Source: Auanema rhodensis (taxonomy: Eukaryota; Animalia; Nematoda). Taken from it: 64,000 bases of DNA. The notes beneath the pieces are model-generated. The model had not been told where the DNA came from. It saw nothing but the letters and a program-made list of their open reading frames with translations, and searched no databases. Below are positions 24,923 through 40,200 of this stretch, piece after piece (position 1 is the stretch's first letter; each line of letters starts with the position of its first letter). Made by a program: the position numbers and the translations under genes. The stretch is taken from positions 1,364,001 through 1,428,000 of the forward strand of contig OZ059894.1 of assembly GCA_964057225.1 (NCBI GenBank), in the 5' to 3' direction.

Positions 24923-27900
24923 TTTTCAAGGCAAAGACGATGGACAATGTTATTCAACGAAAAAATTAATTCTTCAGGGTGAAAATCGAGGATATAAGTG
25001 TGAACTTATATCAGTTGATATCTCGGTGCATTTTTAAGCTAGCGCAAATCTGATAACACAGATCGACGCAGCTTGAAAATCCGCATCTAATGCACTATAC
25101 TACTTTGAGAAACGCTTAATACAAAAATGAGTTATGATCGTTTGAAAAATGATGCATTAGTGTATGTTGAGTTTCCATGTACACTCAACATTGCTTCCAA
25201 AAACATTTTGACAAAAATTTTTTCGAAAAATTTCAAAATAATTTAGCAAAAAGTAGATGTTTTTAGATTCTTTTTTTCAAGGCGAAGACGATCGACAATG
25301 TTATTCAACGAAAAAATTAATTCTTCAGGGTGAAAATCGAGGATATAAGTGTGAACTTATATCAGTTGATATCTCGGTGCATTTTTAAGCTAGCGCAAAT
25401 CTGATAACACAGATCGACGCAGCTTAAAAATCCGCATCGAATGCACTATACTTCATTGAGGAACGCTTAATACAAAAATTAGTTATGATCGTTTGAAAAA
25501 TGATGCATTAGTGTATGTTGAGTTTCCATGTACACTCAACATAGCTTCCAAAAACATTTTGACAAAAATTTTTTCGAAAAATTTCAAAATAATTTAGCAA
25601 AAAGTAGATGTTTTTAGATTCCTTTTTTCAAGGCAAAGACGATGGACAATGTTATTCAACGAAAAAATTAATTCTTCAGGGTGAAAATCGAGGATATAAG
25701 TGTGAACTTATATCAGTTGATATCTCGGTGCATTTTTAAGCTAGCGCAAATCTGATAACACAGATCGACGCAGCTGGAAAATCCGCATCTAATGCACTAT
25801 ACTACTTTGAGAAACGCTTAATACAAAAATGAGTTATGATCGTTTGAAAAATGATGCATTAGTGTATGTTGAGTTTCCATGTACACTCAACATTGCTTCC
25901 AAAAACATTTTGACAAAAATTTTTTCGAAAAATTTCAAAATAATTTAGCAAAAAGTAGATGTTTTTAGATTCTTTTTTTCAAGGCAAAGACGATGGACAA
26001 TGTTATTCAACGAAAAAATTAATTCTTCAGGGAGAAAATCGAGGATATAAGTGTTAACTTATATCAGTTGATATCTCGGTGCATTTTTAAGCTAGCGCAA
26101 ATCTGATAACACAGATCGACGCAGCTTGAAAATCCGCATCGAATGCACTATACTACATTGAGGAACGCTTAATACAAAAATTAGTTATGATCGTTTGAAA
26201 AATGATGCATTAGTGTATGTTGAGTTTCCATGTACACTCAACATAGCTTCCAAAAACATTTTGACAAAAATTTTTTCGAAAAATTTCAGAATAATTTAGC
26301 AAAAAGTAGATGTTTTTAGATTCCTTTTTTCAAGGCAAAGACGATGGACAATGTTATTCAACGAAAAAATTAATTCTTCAGGGTGAAAATCGAGGATATA
26401 AGTGTGAACTTATATCAGTTGATATCTCGGTGCATTTTTAAGCTAGCGCAAATCTGATAACACAGATCGACGCAGCTTGAAATTCCGCATCGAATGCACT
26501 ATACTACTTTGAGAAACGCTTAATACAAAAATGAGTTATGATCGTTTGAAAAATGATGCATTAGTGTATGTTGAGTTTCCATGTACACTCAACATTGCTT
26601 CCAAAAACATTTTGACAAAAATTTTTTCGAAAAATTTCAAAATAATTTAGCAAAAAGTAGATGTTTTTAGATTCTTTTTTTCAAGGCGAAGACGATCGAC
26701 AATGTTATTCAACGAAAAAATTAATTCTTCAGGGTGAAAATCGAGGATATAAGTGTGAACTTATATCAGTTGATATCTCGGTGCATTTTTAAGCTAGCGC
26801 AAATCTGATAACACAGATCGACGCAGCTTAAAAATCCGCATCGAATGCACTATACTTCATTGAGGAACGCTTAATACAAAAATTAGTTATGATCGTTTGA
26901 AAAATGATGCATTAGTGTATGTTGAGTTTCCATGTACACTCAACATAGCTTCCAAAAACATTTTGACAAAAATTTTTTCGAAAAATTTCAAAATAATTTA
27001 GCAAAAAGTAGATGTTTTTAGATTCCTTTTTTCAAGGCAAAGACGATGGACAATGTTATTCAACGAAAAAATTAATTCTTCAGGGTGAAAATCGAGGATA
27101 TAAGTGTGAACTTATATCAGTTGATATCTCGGTGCATTTTTAAGCTAGCGCAAATCTGATAACACAGATCGACGCAGCTTGAAAATCCGCATCGAATGCA
27201 CTATACTACATTGAGGAACGCTTAATACAAAAATTAGTTATGATCGTTTGAAAAATGATGCATTAGTGTATGTTGAGTTTCCATGTACACTCCACATTGC
27301 TTCCAAAAACATTTTGACAAAAATTTTTTCGAAAAATTTCAAAATAATTTAGCAGAAAGTAGATGTTTTTAGATTCCTTTTTTCAAGGCAAAGACGATGG
27401 ACAATGTTATTCAACGAAAAAATTAATTCTTCAGGGAGAAAATCGAGGATATAAGTGTTAACTTATATCAGTTGATATCTCGGTGCATTTTTAAGCTAGC
27501 GCAAATCTGATAACACAGATCGACGCAGCTTGAAAATCCGCATCGAATGCACTATACTACATTGAGGAACGCTTAATACAAAAATTAGTTATGATCGTTT
27601 GAAAAATGATGCATTAGTGTATGTTGAGTTTCCATGTACACTCAACATTGCTTCCAAAAACATTTTGACAAAAATTTTTTCGAAAAATTTCAAAATATTT
27701 TAGCAAAAAGTAGATGTTTTTAGATTCCTTTTTTCAAGGCAAAGACGATGGACAATGTTATTCAACGAAAAAATTAATTCTTCAGGGTGAAAATCGAGGA
27801 TATAAGTGTGAACTTATATCAGTTGATATCTCGGTGCATTTTTAAGCTAGCGCAAATCTGATAACACAGATCGACGCAGCTTGAAAATCCGCATCGAATG

Positions 27901-30170
27901 CACTATACTACATTGAGGAACGCTTAATACAAAAATTAGTTATGATCGTTTGAAAAATGATGCATTAGTGTATGTTGAGTTTCCATGTACACTCCACATT
28001 GCTTCCAAAAACATTTTGACAAAAATTTTTTCGAAAAATTTCAAAATAATTTAGCAGAAAGTAGATGTTTTTAGATTCCTTTTTTCAAGGCAAAGACGAT
28101 GGACAATGTTATTCAACGAAAAAATTAATTCTTCAGGGAGAAAATCGAGGATATAAGTGTTAACTTATATCAGTTGATATCTCGGTGCATTTTTAAGCTA
28201 GCGCAAATCTGATAACACAGATCGACGCAGCTTGAAAATCCGCATCGAATGCACTATACTACATTGAGGAACGCTTAATACAAAAATTAGTTATGATCGT
28301 TTGAAAAATGATGCATTAGTGTATGTTGAGTTTCCATGTACACTCAACATTGCTTCCAAAAACATTTTGACAAAAATTTTTTCGAAAAATTTCAAAATAT
28401 TTTAGCAAAAAGTAGATGTTTTTAGATTCCTTTTTTCAAGGCAAAGACGATGGACAATGTTATTCAACGAAAAAATTAATTCTTCAGGGTGAAAATCGAG
28501 GATATAAGTGTGAACTTATATCAGTTGATATCTCGGTGCATTTTTAAGCTAGCGCAAATCTGATAACACAGATCGACGCAGCTTGAAAATCCGCATCTAA
28601 TGCACTATACTACTTTGAGAAACGCTTAATACAAAAATGAGTTATGATCGTTTGAAAAATGATGCATTAGTGTATGTTGAGTTTCCATGTACACTCAACA
28701 TTGCTTCCAAAAACATTTTGACAAAAATTTTTTCGAAAAATTTCAAAATAATTTAGCAAAAAGTAGATGTTTTTAGATTCTTTTTTTCAAGGCGAAGACG
28801 ATCGACAATGTTATTCAACGAAAAAATTAATTCTTCAGGGTGAAAATCGAGGATATAAGTGTGAACTTATATCAGTTGATATCTCGGTGCATTTTTAAGC
28901 TAGCGCAAATCTGATAACACAGATCGACGCAGCTTAAAAATCCGCATCGAATGCACTATACTTCATTGAGGAACGCTTAATACAAAAATTAGTTATGATC
29001 GTTTGAAAAATGATGCATTAGTGTATGTTGAGTTTCCATGTACACTCAACATAGCTTCCAAAAACATTTTGACAAAAATTTTTTCGAAAAATTTCAAAAT
29101 AATTTAGCAAAAAGTAGATGTTTTTAGATTCCTTTTTTCAAGGCAAAGACGATGGACAATGTTATTCAACGAAAAAATTAATTCTTCAGGGTGAAAATCG
29201 AGGATATAAGTGTGAACTTATATCAGTTGATATCTCGGTGCATTTTTAAGCTAGCGCAAATCTGATAACACAGATCGACGCAGCTTGAAAATCCGCATCT
29301 AATGCACTATACTACTTTGAGAAACGCTTAATACAAAAATGAGTTATGATCGTTTGAAAAATGATGCATTAGTGTATGTTGAGTTTCCATGTACACTCAA
29401 CATTGCTTCCAAAAACATTTTGACAAAAATTTTTTCGAAAAATTTCAAAATAATTTAGCAAAAAGTAGATGTTTTTAGATTCTTTTTTTCAAGGCAAAGA
29501 CGATGGACAATGTTATTCAACGAAAAAATTAATTCTTCAGGGAGAAAATCGAGGATATAAGTGTTAACTTATATCAGTTGATATCTCGGTGCATTTTTAA
29601 GCTAGCGCAAATCTGATAACACAGATCGACGCAGCTTGAAAATCCGCATCGAATGCACTATACTACATTGAGGAACGCTTAATACAAAAATTAGTTATGA
29701 TCGTTTGAAAAATGATGCATTAGTGTATGTTGAGTTTCCATGTACACTCAACATAGCTTCCAAAAACATTTTGACAAAAATTTTTTCGAAAAATTTCAGA
29801 ATAATTTAGCAAAAAGTAGATGTTTTTAGATTCCTTTTTTCAAGGCAAAGACGATGGACAATGTTATTCAACGAAAAAATTAATTCTTCAGGGTGAAAAT
29901 CGAGGATATAAGTGTGAACTTATATCAGTTGATATCTCGGTGCATTTTTAAGCTAGCGCAAATCTGATAACACAGATCGACGCAGCTTGAAATTCCGCAT
30001 CGAATGCACTATACTACTTTGAGAAACGCTTAATACAAAAATGAGTTATGATCGTTTGAAAAATGATGCATTAGTGTATGTTGAGTTTCCATGTACACTC
30101 AACATTGCTTCCAAAAACATTTTGACAAAAATTTTTTCGAAAAATTTCAAAATAATTTAGCAAAAAGTAG
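24923..30170. repeat. Block of about 5 monomers repeated at a 10-monomer (3510-bp) offset
   Basis: GGCGAAGACGATCG at 25281/28791, GGAGAAAATC at 26031/29541, AATTCCGC at 26481/29991. Confidence 0.8.
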
Positions 30171-30187
30171 ATGTTTTTAGATTCCTT

Positions 30188-32293
30188 TTTTCAAGGCAAA
30201 GACGATGGACAATGTTATTCAACGAAAAAATTAATTCTTCAGGGTGAAAATCGAGGATATAAGTGTGAACTTATATCAATTGATATCTCGGTGCATTTTT
30301 AAGCTAGCGCAAATCTGATAACACAGATCGACGCAGCTTGAAAATCCGCATCGAATGCACTATACTACTTTGAGAAACGCTTAATACAAAAATTAGTTAT
30401 GATCGTTTGAAAAATGATGCATTAGTGTATGTTGAGTTTCCATGTACACTCAACATAGCTTCCAAAAACATTTTGACAAAAATTTTTTCGAAAAATTTCA
30501 AAATAGTTTAGCAAAAAGTAGATGTTTTTAGATTCCTTTTTTCAAGGCAAAGACGATGGACAATGTTATTCAACGAAAAAATTAATTCTTCAGGGTGAAA
30601 ATCGAGGATATAAGTGTGAACTTATATCAGTTGATATCTCGGTGCATTTTTAAGCTAGCGCAAATCTGATAACACAGATCGACGCAGCTTAAAAATCCTC
30701 ATCGAATGCACTATACTACATTGAGGAACGCTTAATACAAAAATTAGTTATGATCGTTTGAAAAATGATGCATTAGTGTATGTTGAGTTTCCATGTACAC
30801 TCAACATTGCTTCCAAAAACATTTTGACAAAAATTTTTTCGAAAAATTTCAAAATAATTTAGCAGAAAGTAGATGTTTTTAGATTCCTTTTTTCAAGGCA
30901 AAGACGATGGACAATGTTATTCAACGAAAAAATTAATTCTTCAGGGTGAAAATCGAGGATATAAGTGTTAACTTATACCAGTTGATATCTCGGTGCATTT
31001 TTAAGCTAGCGCAAATCTGATAACACAGATCGACGCAGCTTGAAAATCCGCATCGAATGCACTATACTACATTGAGGAACGCTTAATACAAAAATTAGTT
31101 ATGATCGTTTGAAAAATGATGCATTAGTGTATGTTGAGTTTCCATGTACACTCAACATAGCTTCCAAAAACATTTTGACAAAAATTTTTTCGAAAAATTT
31201 CAGAATAATTTAGCAAAAAGTAGATGTTTTTAGATTCCTTTTTTCAAGGCAAAGACGATGGACAATGTTATTCAACGAAAAAATTAATTCTTCAGGGTGA
31301 AAATCGAGGATATAAGTGTGAACTTATATCAATTGATATCTCGGTGCATTTTTAAGCTAGCGCAAATCTGATAACACAGATCGACGCAGCTTGAAAATCC
31401 GCATCGAATGCACTATACTACTTTGAGAAACGCTTAATACAAAAATTAGTTATGATCGTTTGAAAAATGATGCATTAGTGTATGTTGAGTTTCCATGTAC
31501 ACTCAACATAGCTTCCAAAAACATTTTGACAAAAATTTTTTCGAAAAATTTCAAAATAGTTTAGCAAAAAGTAGATGTTTTTAGATTCCTTTTTTCAAGG
31601 CAAAGACGATGGACAATGTTATTCAACGAAAAAATTAATTCTTCAGGGTGAAAATCGAGGATATAAGTGTGAACTTATATCAGTTGATATCTCGGTGCAT
31701 TTTTAAGCTAGCGCAAATCTGATAACACAGATCGACGCAGCTTAAAAATCCTCATCGAATGCACTATACTACATTGAGGAACGCTTAATACAAAAATTAG
31801 TTATGATCGTTTGAAAAATGATGCATTAGTGTATGTTGAGTTTCCATGTACACTCAACATTGCTTCCAAAAACATTTTGACAAAAATTTTTTCGAAAAAT
31901 TTCAAAATAATTTAGCAGAAAGTAGATGTTTTTAGATTCCTTTTTTCAAGGCAAAGACGATGGACAATGTTATTCAACGAAAAAATTAATTCTTCAGGGT
32001 GAAAATCGAGGATATAAGTGTTAACTTATACCAGTTGATATCTCGGTGCATTTTTAAGCTAGCGCAAATCTGATAACACAGATCGACGCAGCTTGAAAAT
32101 CCGCATCGAATGCACTATACTACATTGAGGAACGCTTAATACAAAAATTAGTTATGATCGTTTGAAAAATGATGCATTAGTGTATGTTGAGTTTCCATGT
32201 ACACTCAACATAGCTTCCAAAAACATTTTGACAAAAATTTTTTCGAAAAATTTCAGAATAATTTAGCAAAAAGTAGATGTTTTTAGATTCCTT
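30188..32293. repeat. 3-monomer (1053-bp) tandem duplication
   Basis: Four rare SNPs each recur at +1053: 30279/31332, 30506/31559, 30699/31752, 30978/32031. Confidence 0.92.
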
Positions 32294-32644
32294 TTTTCAA
32301 GGCAAAGACGATGGACAATGTTATTCAACGAAAAAATTAATTCTTCAGGGTGAAAATCGAGGATATAAGTGTGAACTTATATCAGTTGATATCTCGGTGC
32401 ATTTTTAAGCTAGCGCAAATCTGATAACACAGATCGACGTAGCTTGAAAATCCGCATCTAATGCACTATACTACTTTGAGAAACGCTTAATACAAAAATT
32501 AGTTATGATCGTTTGAAAAATGATGCATTAGTGTATGTTGAGTTTCCATGTACACTCAACATAGCTTCCAAAAACATTTTGACAAAAATTTTTTCGAAAA
32601 ATTTCAGAATAATTTAGCAAAAAGTAGATGTTTTTAGATTCCTT

Positions 32645-35100
32645 TTTTCAAGGCAAAGACGATGGACAATGTTATTCAACGAAAAAATTAATTCTTCAGG
32701 GTGAAAATCGAGGATATAAGTGTTAACTTATATCAGTTGATATCTCGGTGCATTTTTAAGCTAGCGCAAATCTGATAACACAGATCGACGCAGCTTAAAA
32801 ATCCGCATCGAATGCACTATACTTCATTGAGGAACGCTTAATACAAAAATTAGTTATGATCGTTTGAAAAATGATGCATTAGTGTATGTTGAGTTTCCAT
32901 GTACACTCAACATAGCTTCCAAAAACATTTTGACAAAAATTTTTTCGAAAAATTTCAAAATAATTTAGCAAAAAGTAGATGTTTTTAGATTCCTTTTTTC
33001 AAGGCAAAGACGATGGACAATGTTATTCAACGAAAAAATTAATTCTTCAGGGTGAAAATCGAGGATATAAGTGTGAACTTATATCAGTTGATATCTCGGT
33101 GCATTTTTAAGCTAGCGCAAATCTGATAACACAGATCGACGCAGCTTAAAAATCCGCATCGAATGCACTATACTACATTGAGGAACGCTTAATACAAAAA
33201 TTAGTTATGATCGTTTGAAAAATGATGCATTAGTGTATGTTGAGTTTCCATGTACACTCAACATTGCTTCCAAAAACATTTTGACAAAAATTTTTTCGAA
33301 AAATTTCAAAATAATTTAGCAGAAAGTAGATGTTTTTAGATTCCTTTTTTCAAGGCAAAGACGATGGACAATGTTATTCAACGAAAAAATTAATTCTTCA
33401 GGGAGAAAATCGAGGATATAAGTGTTAACTTATATCAGTTGATATCTCGGTGCATTTTTAAGCTAGCGCAAATCTGATAACACAGATCGACGCAGCTTGA
33501 AAATCCGCATCGAATGCACTATACTACATTGAGGAACGCTTAATACAAAAATTAGTTATGATCGTTTGAAAAATGATGCATTAGTGTATGTTGAGTTTCC
33601 ATGTACACTCAACATAGCTTCCAAAAACATTTTGACAAAAATTTTTTCGAAAAATTTCAGAATAATTTAGCAAAAAGTAGATGTTTTTAGATTCCTTTTT
33701 TCAAGGCAAAGACGATGGACAATGTTATTCAACGAAAAAATTAATTCTTCAGGGTGAAAATCGAGGATATAAGTGTGAACTTATATCAGTTGATATCTCG
33801 GTGCATTTTTAAGCTAGCGCAAATCTGATAACACAGATCGACGCAGCTTGAAAATCCGCATCTAATGCACTATACTACTTTGAGAAACGCTTAATACAAA
33901 AATTAGTTATGATCGTTTGAAAAATGATGCATTAGTGTATGTTGAGTTTCCATGTACACTCAACATTGCTTCCAAAAACATTTTGACAAAAATTTTTTCG
34001 AAAAATTTCAAAATAATTTAGCAAAAAGTAGATGTTTTTAGATTCCTTTTTTCAAGGCAAAGACGATGGACAATGTTATTCAACGAAAAAATTAATTCTT
34101 CAGGGTGAAAATCGAGGATATAAGTGTGAACTTATATCAGTTGATATCTCGGTGCATTTTTAAGCTAGCGCAAATCTGATAACACAGATCGACGCAGCTT
34201 AAAAATCCGCATCGAATGCACTATACTTCATTGAGGAACGCTTAATACAAAAATTAGTTATGATCGTTTGAAAAATGATGCATTAGTGTATGTTGAGTTT
34301 CCATGTACACTCAACATAGCTTCCAAAAACATTTTGACAAAAATTTTTTCGAAAAATTTCAAAATAATTTAGCAAAAAGTAGATGTTTTTAGATTCCTTT
34401 TTTCAAGGCAAAGACGATGGACAATGTTATTCAACGAAAAAATTAATTCTTCAGGGTGAAAATCGAGGATATAAGTGTGAACTTATATCAGTTGATATCT
34501 CGGTGCATTTTTAAGCTAGCGCAAATCTGATAACACAGATCGACGCAGCTTAAAAATCCGCATCGAATGCACTATACTACATTGAGGAACGCTTAATACA
34601 AAAATTAGTTATGATCGTTTGAAAAATGATGCATTAGTGTATGTTGAGTTTCCATGTACACTCAACATTGCTTCCAAAAACATTTTGACAAAAATTTTTT
34701 CGAAAAATTTCAAAATAATTTAGCAGAAAGTAGATGTTTTTAGATTCCTTTTTTCAAGGCAAAGACGATGGACAATGTTATTCAACGAAAAAATTAATTC
34801 TTCAGGGAGAAAATCGAGGATATAAGTGTTAACTTATATCAGTTGATATCTCGGTGCATTTTTAAGCTAGCGCAAATCTGATAACACAGATCGACGCAGC
34901 TTGAAAATCCGCATCGAATGCACTATACTACATTGAGGAACGCTTAATACAAAAATTAGTTATGATCGTTTGAAAAATGATGCATTAGTGTATGTTGAGT
35001 TTCCATGTACACTCAACATAGCTTCCAAAAACATTTTGACAAAAATTTTTTCGAAAAATTTCAGAATAATTTAGCAAAAAGTAGATGTTTTTAGATTCCT
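32645..35100. repeat. 4-monomer (1404-bp) higher-order repeat, also present at about 20.0-21.8 kb
   Basis: The order A153+CTTCATT / A153+GCAGA / GGGAGA+GTTAAC / GCATCTA repeats with period 1404. The same order occurs 12636 bp (36 monomers) upstream. Confidence 0.8.
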
Positions 35101-37207
35101 TTTTTCAAGGCAAAGACGATGGACAATGTTATTCAACGAAAAAATTAATTCTTCAGGGTGAAAATCGAGGATATAAGTGTGAACTTATATCAGTTGATAT
35201 CTCGGTGCATTTTCAAGCTAGCGCAAATCTGATAACACAGATCGACGCAGCTTGAAATTCCGCATCGAATGCACTATACTACTTTGAGAAACGCTTAATA
35301 CAAAAATTAGTTATGATCGTTTGAAAAATGATGCATTAGTGTATGTTGAGTTTCCATGTACACTCAACATAGCTTCCAAAAACATTTTGACAAAAATTTT
35401 TTCGAAAAATTTCAAAATAATTTAGCAAAAAGTAGATGTTTTTAGATTCCTTTTTTCAAGGCAAAGACGATGGACAATGTTATTCAACGAAAAAATTAAT
35501 TCTTCAGGGTGAAAATCGAGGATATAAGTGTGAACTTATATCAGTTGATATCTCGGTGCATTTTTAAGCTAGCGCAAATCTGATAACACAGATCGACGCA
35601 GCTTGAAAATCCGCATCGAATGCACTATACTACTTTGAGAAACGCTTAATACAAAAATTAGTTATGATCGTTTGAAAAATGATGCATTAGTGTATGTTGA
35701 GTTTCCATGTACACTCAACATAGCTTCCAAAAACATTTTGACAAAAATTTTTTCGAAAAATTTCAAAATAGTTTAGCAAAAAGTAGATGTTTTTAGATTC
35801 CTTTTTTCAAGGCAAAGACGATGGACAATGTTATTCAACGAAAAAATTAATTCTTCAGGGTGAAAATCGAGGATATAAGTGTGAACTTATATCAGTTGAT
35901 ATCTCGGTGCATTTTTAAGCTAGCGCAAATCTGATAACACAGATCGACGCAGCTTAAAAATCCGCATCGAATGCACTATACTACATTGAGGAACGCTTAA
36001 TACAAAAATTAGTTATGATCGTTTGAAAAATGATGCATTAGTGTATGTTGAGTTTCCATGTACACTCAACATTGCTTCCAAAAACATTTTGACAAAAATT
36101 TTTTCGAAAAATTTCAAAATAATTAAGCAAAAAGTAGATGTTTTTAGATTCCTTTTTTCAAGGCAAAGACGATGGACAATGTTATTCAACGAAAAAATTA
36201 ATTCTTCAGGGTGAAAATCGAGGATATAAGTGTTAACTTATATCAGTTGATATCTCGGTGCATTTTTAAGCTAGCGCAAATCTGATAACACAGATCGACG
36301 CAGCTTGAAAATCCGCATCGAATGCACTATACTACATTGAGGAACGCTTAATACAAAAAGTAGTTATGATCGTTTGAAAAATGATGCATTAGTGTATGTT
36401 GAGTTTCCATGTACACTCAACATAGCTTCCAAAAACATTTTGACAAAAATTTTTTCGAAAAATTTCAGAATAATTTAGCAAAAAGTAGATGTTTTTAGAT
36501 TCCTTTTTTCAAGGCAAAGACGATGGACAATGTTATTCAACGAAAAAATTAATTCTTCAGGGTGAAAATCGAGGATATAAGTGTGAACTTATATCAGTTG
36601 ATATCTCGGTGCATTTTTAAGCTAGCGCAAATCTGATAACACAGATCGACGCAGCTTAAAAATCCGCATCGAATGCACTACACTACATTGAGGAACGCTT
36701 AATACAAAAATTAGTTATGATCGTTTGAAAAATGATGCATTAGTGTATGTTGAGTTTCCATGTACACTCAACATTGCTTCCAAAAACATTTTGACAAAAA
36801 TTTTTTCGAAAAATTTCAAAATAATTTAGCAGAAAGTAGATGTTTTTAGATTCCTTTTTTCAAGGCAAAGACGATGGACAATGTTATTCAACGAAAAAAT
36901 TAATTCTTCAGGGTGAAAATCGAGGATATAAGTGTTAACTTATATCAGTTGATATCTCGGTGCATTTTTAAGCTAGCGCAAATCTGATAACACAGATCGA
37001 CGCAGCTTGAAAATCCGCATCGAATGCACCATACTACATTGAGGAACGCTTAATACAAAAATTAGTTATGATCGTTTGAAAAATGATGCATTAGTTTATG
37101 TTGAGTTTCCATGTACACTCAACATTGCTTCCAAAAACATTTTGACAAAAATTTTTTCGAAAAATTTCAAAATAATTTAGCAAAAAGTAGTTGTTTTTAG
37201 ATTCCTT

Positions 37208-40200
37208 TTTTCAAGGCGAAGACGATGGACATTGTTATTCAACGAAAAAATTAATTCTTCAGGGTGAAAATCGAGGATATAAGTGTGAACTTATATCAGT
37301 TGATATCTCGGTGCATTTTTAAGCTAGCGCAAATCTGATAACACAGATCGACGCAGCTTGAAAATCCGCATCGAATGCACTATACTACATTGAGAAACGC
37401 TTAATACAAAAATTAGTTATGATCGTTTGAAAAATGATGCATTAGTGTATGTTGAGTTTCCATGTACACTCAACATAGCTTCCAAAAACATTTTGACAAA
37501 AATTTTTTCGAAAAATTTCAAAATAATTTAGCAGAAAGTAGATGTTTTTAGATTCCTTTTTTTAAGGCAAAGACGATGGACAATGTTATTCAACGAAAAA
37601 ATTAATTCTTCAGGGTGAAAATCGAGGATATAAGTGTGAACTTATATCAGTTGATATCTCGGTGCATTTTTAAGCTAGCGCAAATCTGATAACACAGATC
37701 GACGCAGCTTGAAAATCCGCATCGAATGCACTATACTACATTGAGGAACGCTTAATACAAAAATTAGTTATGATCGTTTGAAAAATGATGCATTAGTGTA
37801 TGTTGAGTTTCCATGTACACTCAACATAGCTTCCAAAAACATTTTGACAAAAATTTTTTCGAAAAATTTCAAAATAATTTAGCAGAAAGTAGATGTTTTT
37901 AGATTCCTTTTTTTAAGGCAAAGACGATGGACAATGTTATTCAACGAAAAAATTAATTCTTCAGGGTGAAAATCGAGGATATAAGTGTGAACTTATATCA
38001 GTTGATATCTCGGTGCATTTTTAAGCTAGCGCAAATCTGATAACACAGATCGACGCAGCTTGAAAATACGCATCGAATGCCTTATACTACTTTGAGAAAC
38101 GCTTAATACAAAAATTAGTTATGATCGTTTGAAAAATGATGCATTAGTGTATGTTGAGTTTCCATGTACACTCAACATAGCTTCCAAAAACATTTTGACA
38201 AAAATTTTTTCGAAAAATTTCAAAATAATTTAGCAAAAAGTAGATGTTTTTAGATTCCTTTTTTCAAGGCAAAGACGATGGACAATGTTATTCAACAAAA
38301 AAATTAATTCTTCAGGGTGAAAATCGAGGATATAAGTGTGAACTTATCTCAGTTGATATCTCGGTGCATTTTTAAGCTAGCGCAAATCTGATAACACAGA
38401 TCGACGCAGCTTGAAAATCCGCATCGAATGCACTATACTACTTTGAGAAACGCTTAATACAAAAATTAGTTATGATCGTTTGAAAAATGATGCATTAGTG
38501 TATGTTGAGTTTCCATGTACACTCAACATTGCTTCCAAAAACATTTTGACAAAAATTTTTTCGAAAAATTTCAAATTAATTTAGCAGAAAGTATATGTTT
38601 TTAGATTCCTTTTTTCAAGGCAAAGACGATGGACAATGTTATTCAACGAAAAAATTAATTCTTCAGGGTGAAAATCGAGGATATAAGTGTGAATTTATAT
38701 CAGTTGATATCTCGGTGCATTTTTAAGCTAGCGCAAATCTGATAACACAGATCGACGCAGCTTAAAAATCCGCATCGAATGCACTATACTACATTGAGGA
38801 ACGCTTAATACAAAAATTAGTTATGATCGTTTGAAAAATGATGCATTAGTGTATGTTGAGTTTCCATGTACACTCAACATAGCTTCCAAAAACATTTTGA
38901 CAAAAATTTTTTCGAAAAATTTCAGAATAATTTAGCAAAAAGTAGATGTTTTTAGATTTCTTTTCTCAAGGCAAAGACGATGGACAATGTTATTCAACGA
39001 AAAAATTAATTCTTCAGGGTGAAAATCGAGGATATAAGTGTGAACTTATATCAGTTGATATCTCGGTGCATTTTTAAGCTAGCGCAAATCTGATAACACA
39101 GATCGACGCAGCTTGAAAATCCGCATCGAATGCACTATACTACTTTGAGAAACGCTTAATACAAAAATCAGTTATGATCGTTTGAAAAATGATGCATTAG
39201 TGTATGTTGAGTTTCCATGTACACTCAACATTGCTTCCAAAAACATTTTGACAAAAATTTTTTCGAAAAATTTCAAAATAATTTAGCAAAAAGTAGATGT
39301 TTTTAGATTCCTTTTTTCAAGGCGAAGACGATGGACATTGTTATTCAACGAAAAAATTAATTCTTCAGGGTGAAAATCGAGGATATAAGTGTGAACTTAT
39401 ATCAGTTGATATCTCGGTGCATTTTTAAGCTAGCGCAAATCTGATAACACAGATCGACGCAGCTTGAAAATCCGCATCGAATGCACTATACTACATTGAG
39501 AAACGCTTAATACAAAAATTAGTTATGATCGTTTGAAAAATGATGCATTAGTGTATGTTGAGTTTCCATGTACACTCAACATAGCTTCCAAAAACATTTT
39601 GACAAAAATTTTTTCGAAAAATTTCAAAATAATTTAGCAGAAAGTAGATGTTTTTAGATTCCTTTTTTTAAGGCAAAGACGATGGACAATGTTATTCAAC
39701 GAAAAAATTAATTCTTCAGGGTGAAAATCGAGGATATAAGTGTGAACTTATATCAGTTGATATCTCGTTGCATTTTTAAGCTAGCGCAAATCTGATAACA
39801 CAGATCGACGCAGCTTGAAAATACGCATCGAATGCACTATACTACTTTGAGAAACGCTTAATACAAAAATTAGTTATGATCGTTTGAAAAATGATGCATT
39901 AGTGTATGTTGAGTTTCCATGTACACTCAACATAGCTTCCAAAAACATTTTGACAAAAATTTTTTCGAAAAATTTCAGAATAATTTAGCAAAAAGTAGAT
40001 GTTTTTAGATTTCTTTTCTCAAGGCAAAGACGATGGACAATGTTATTCAACGAAAAAATTAATTCTTCAGGGTGAAAATCGAGGATATAAGTGTGAACTT
40101 ATATCAGTTGATATCTCGGTGCATTTTTAAGCTAGCGCAAATCTGATAACACAGATCGACGCAGCTTAAAAATCCGCATCGAATGCACTATACTACATTG

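Noticed and set aside
36023-36214. 63-aa ORF from the ORF track (MKNDALVY...)
   Set aside because: It has a TTG start and exists only because a single T>A at 36125 turns the TAG present in the other monomers into AAG. It is satellite sequence with no recognisable domain.
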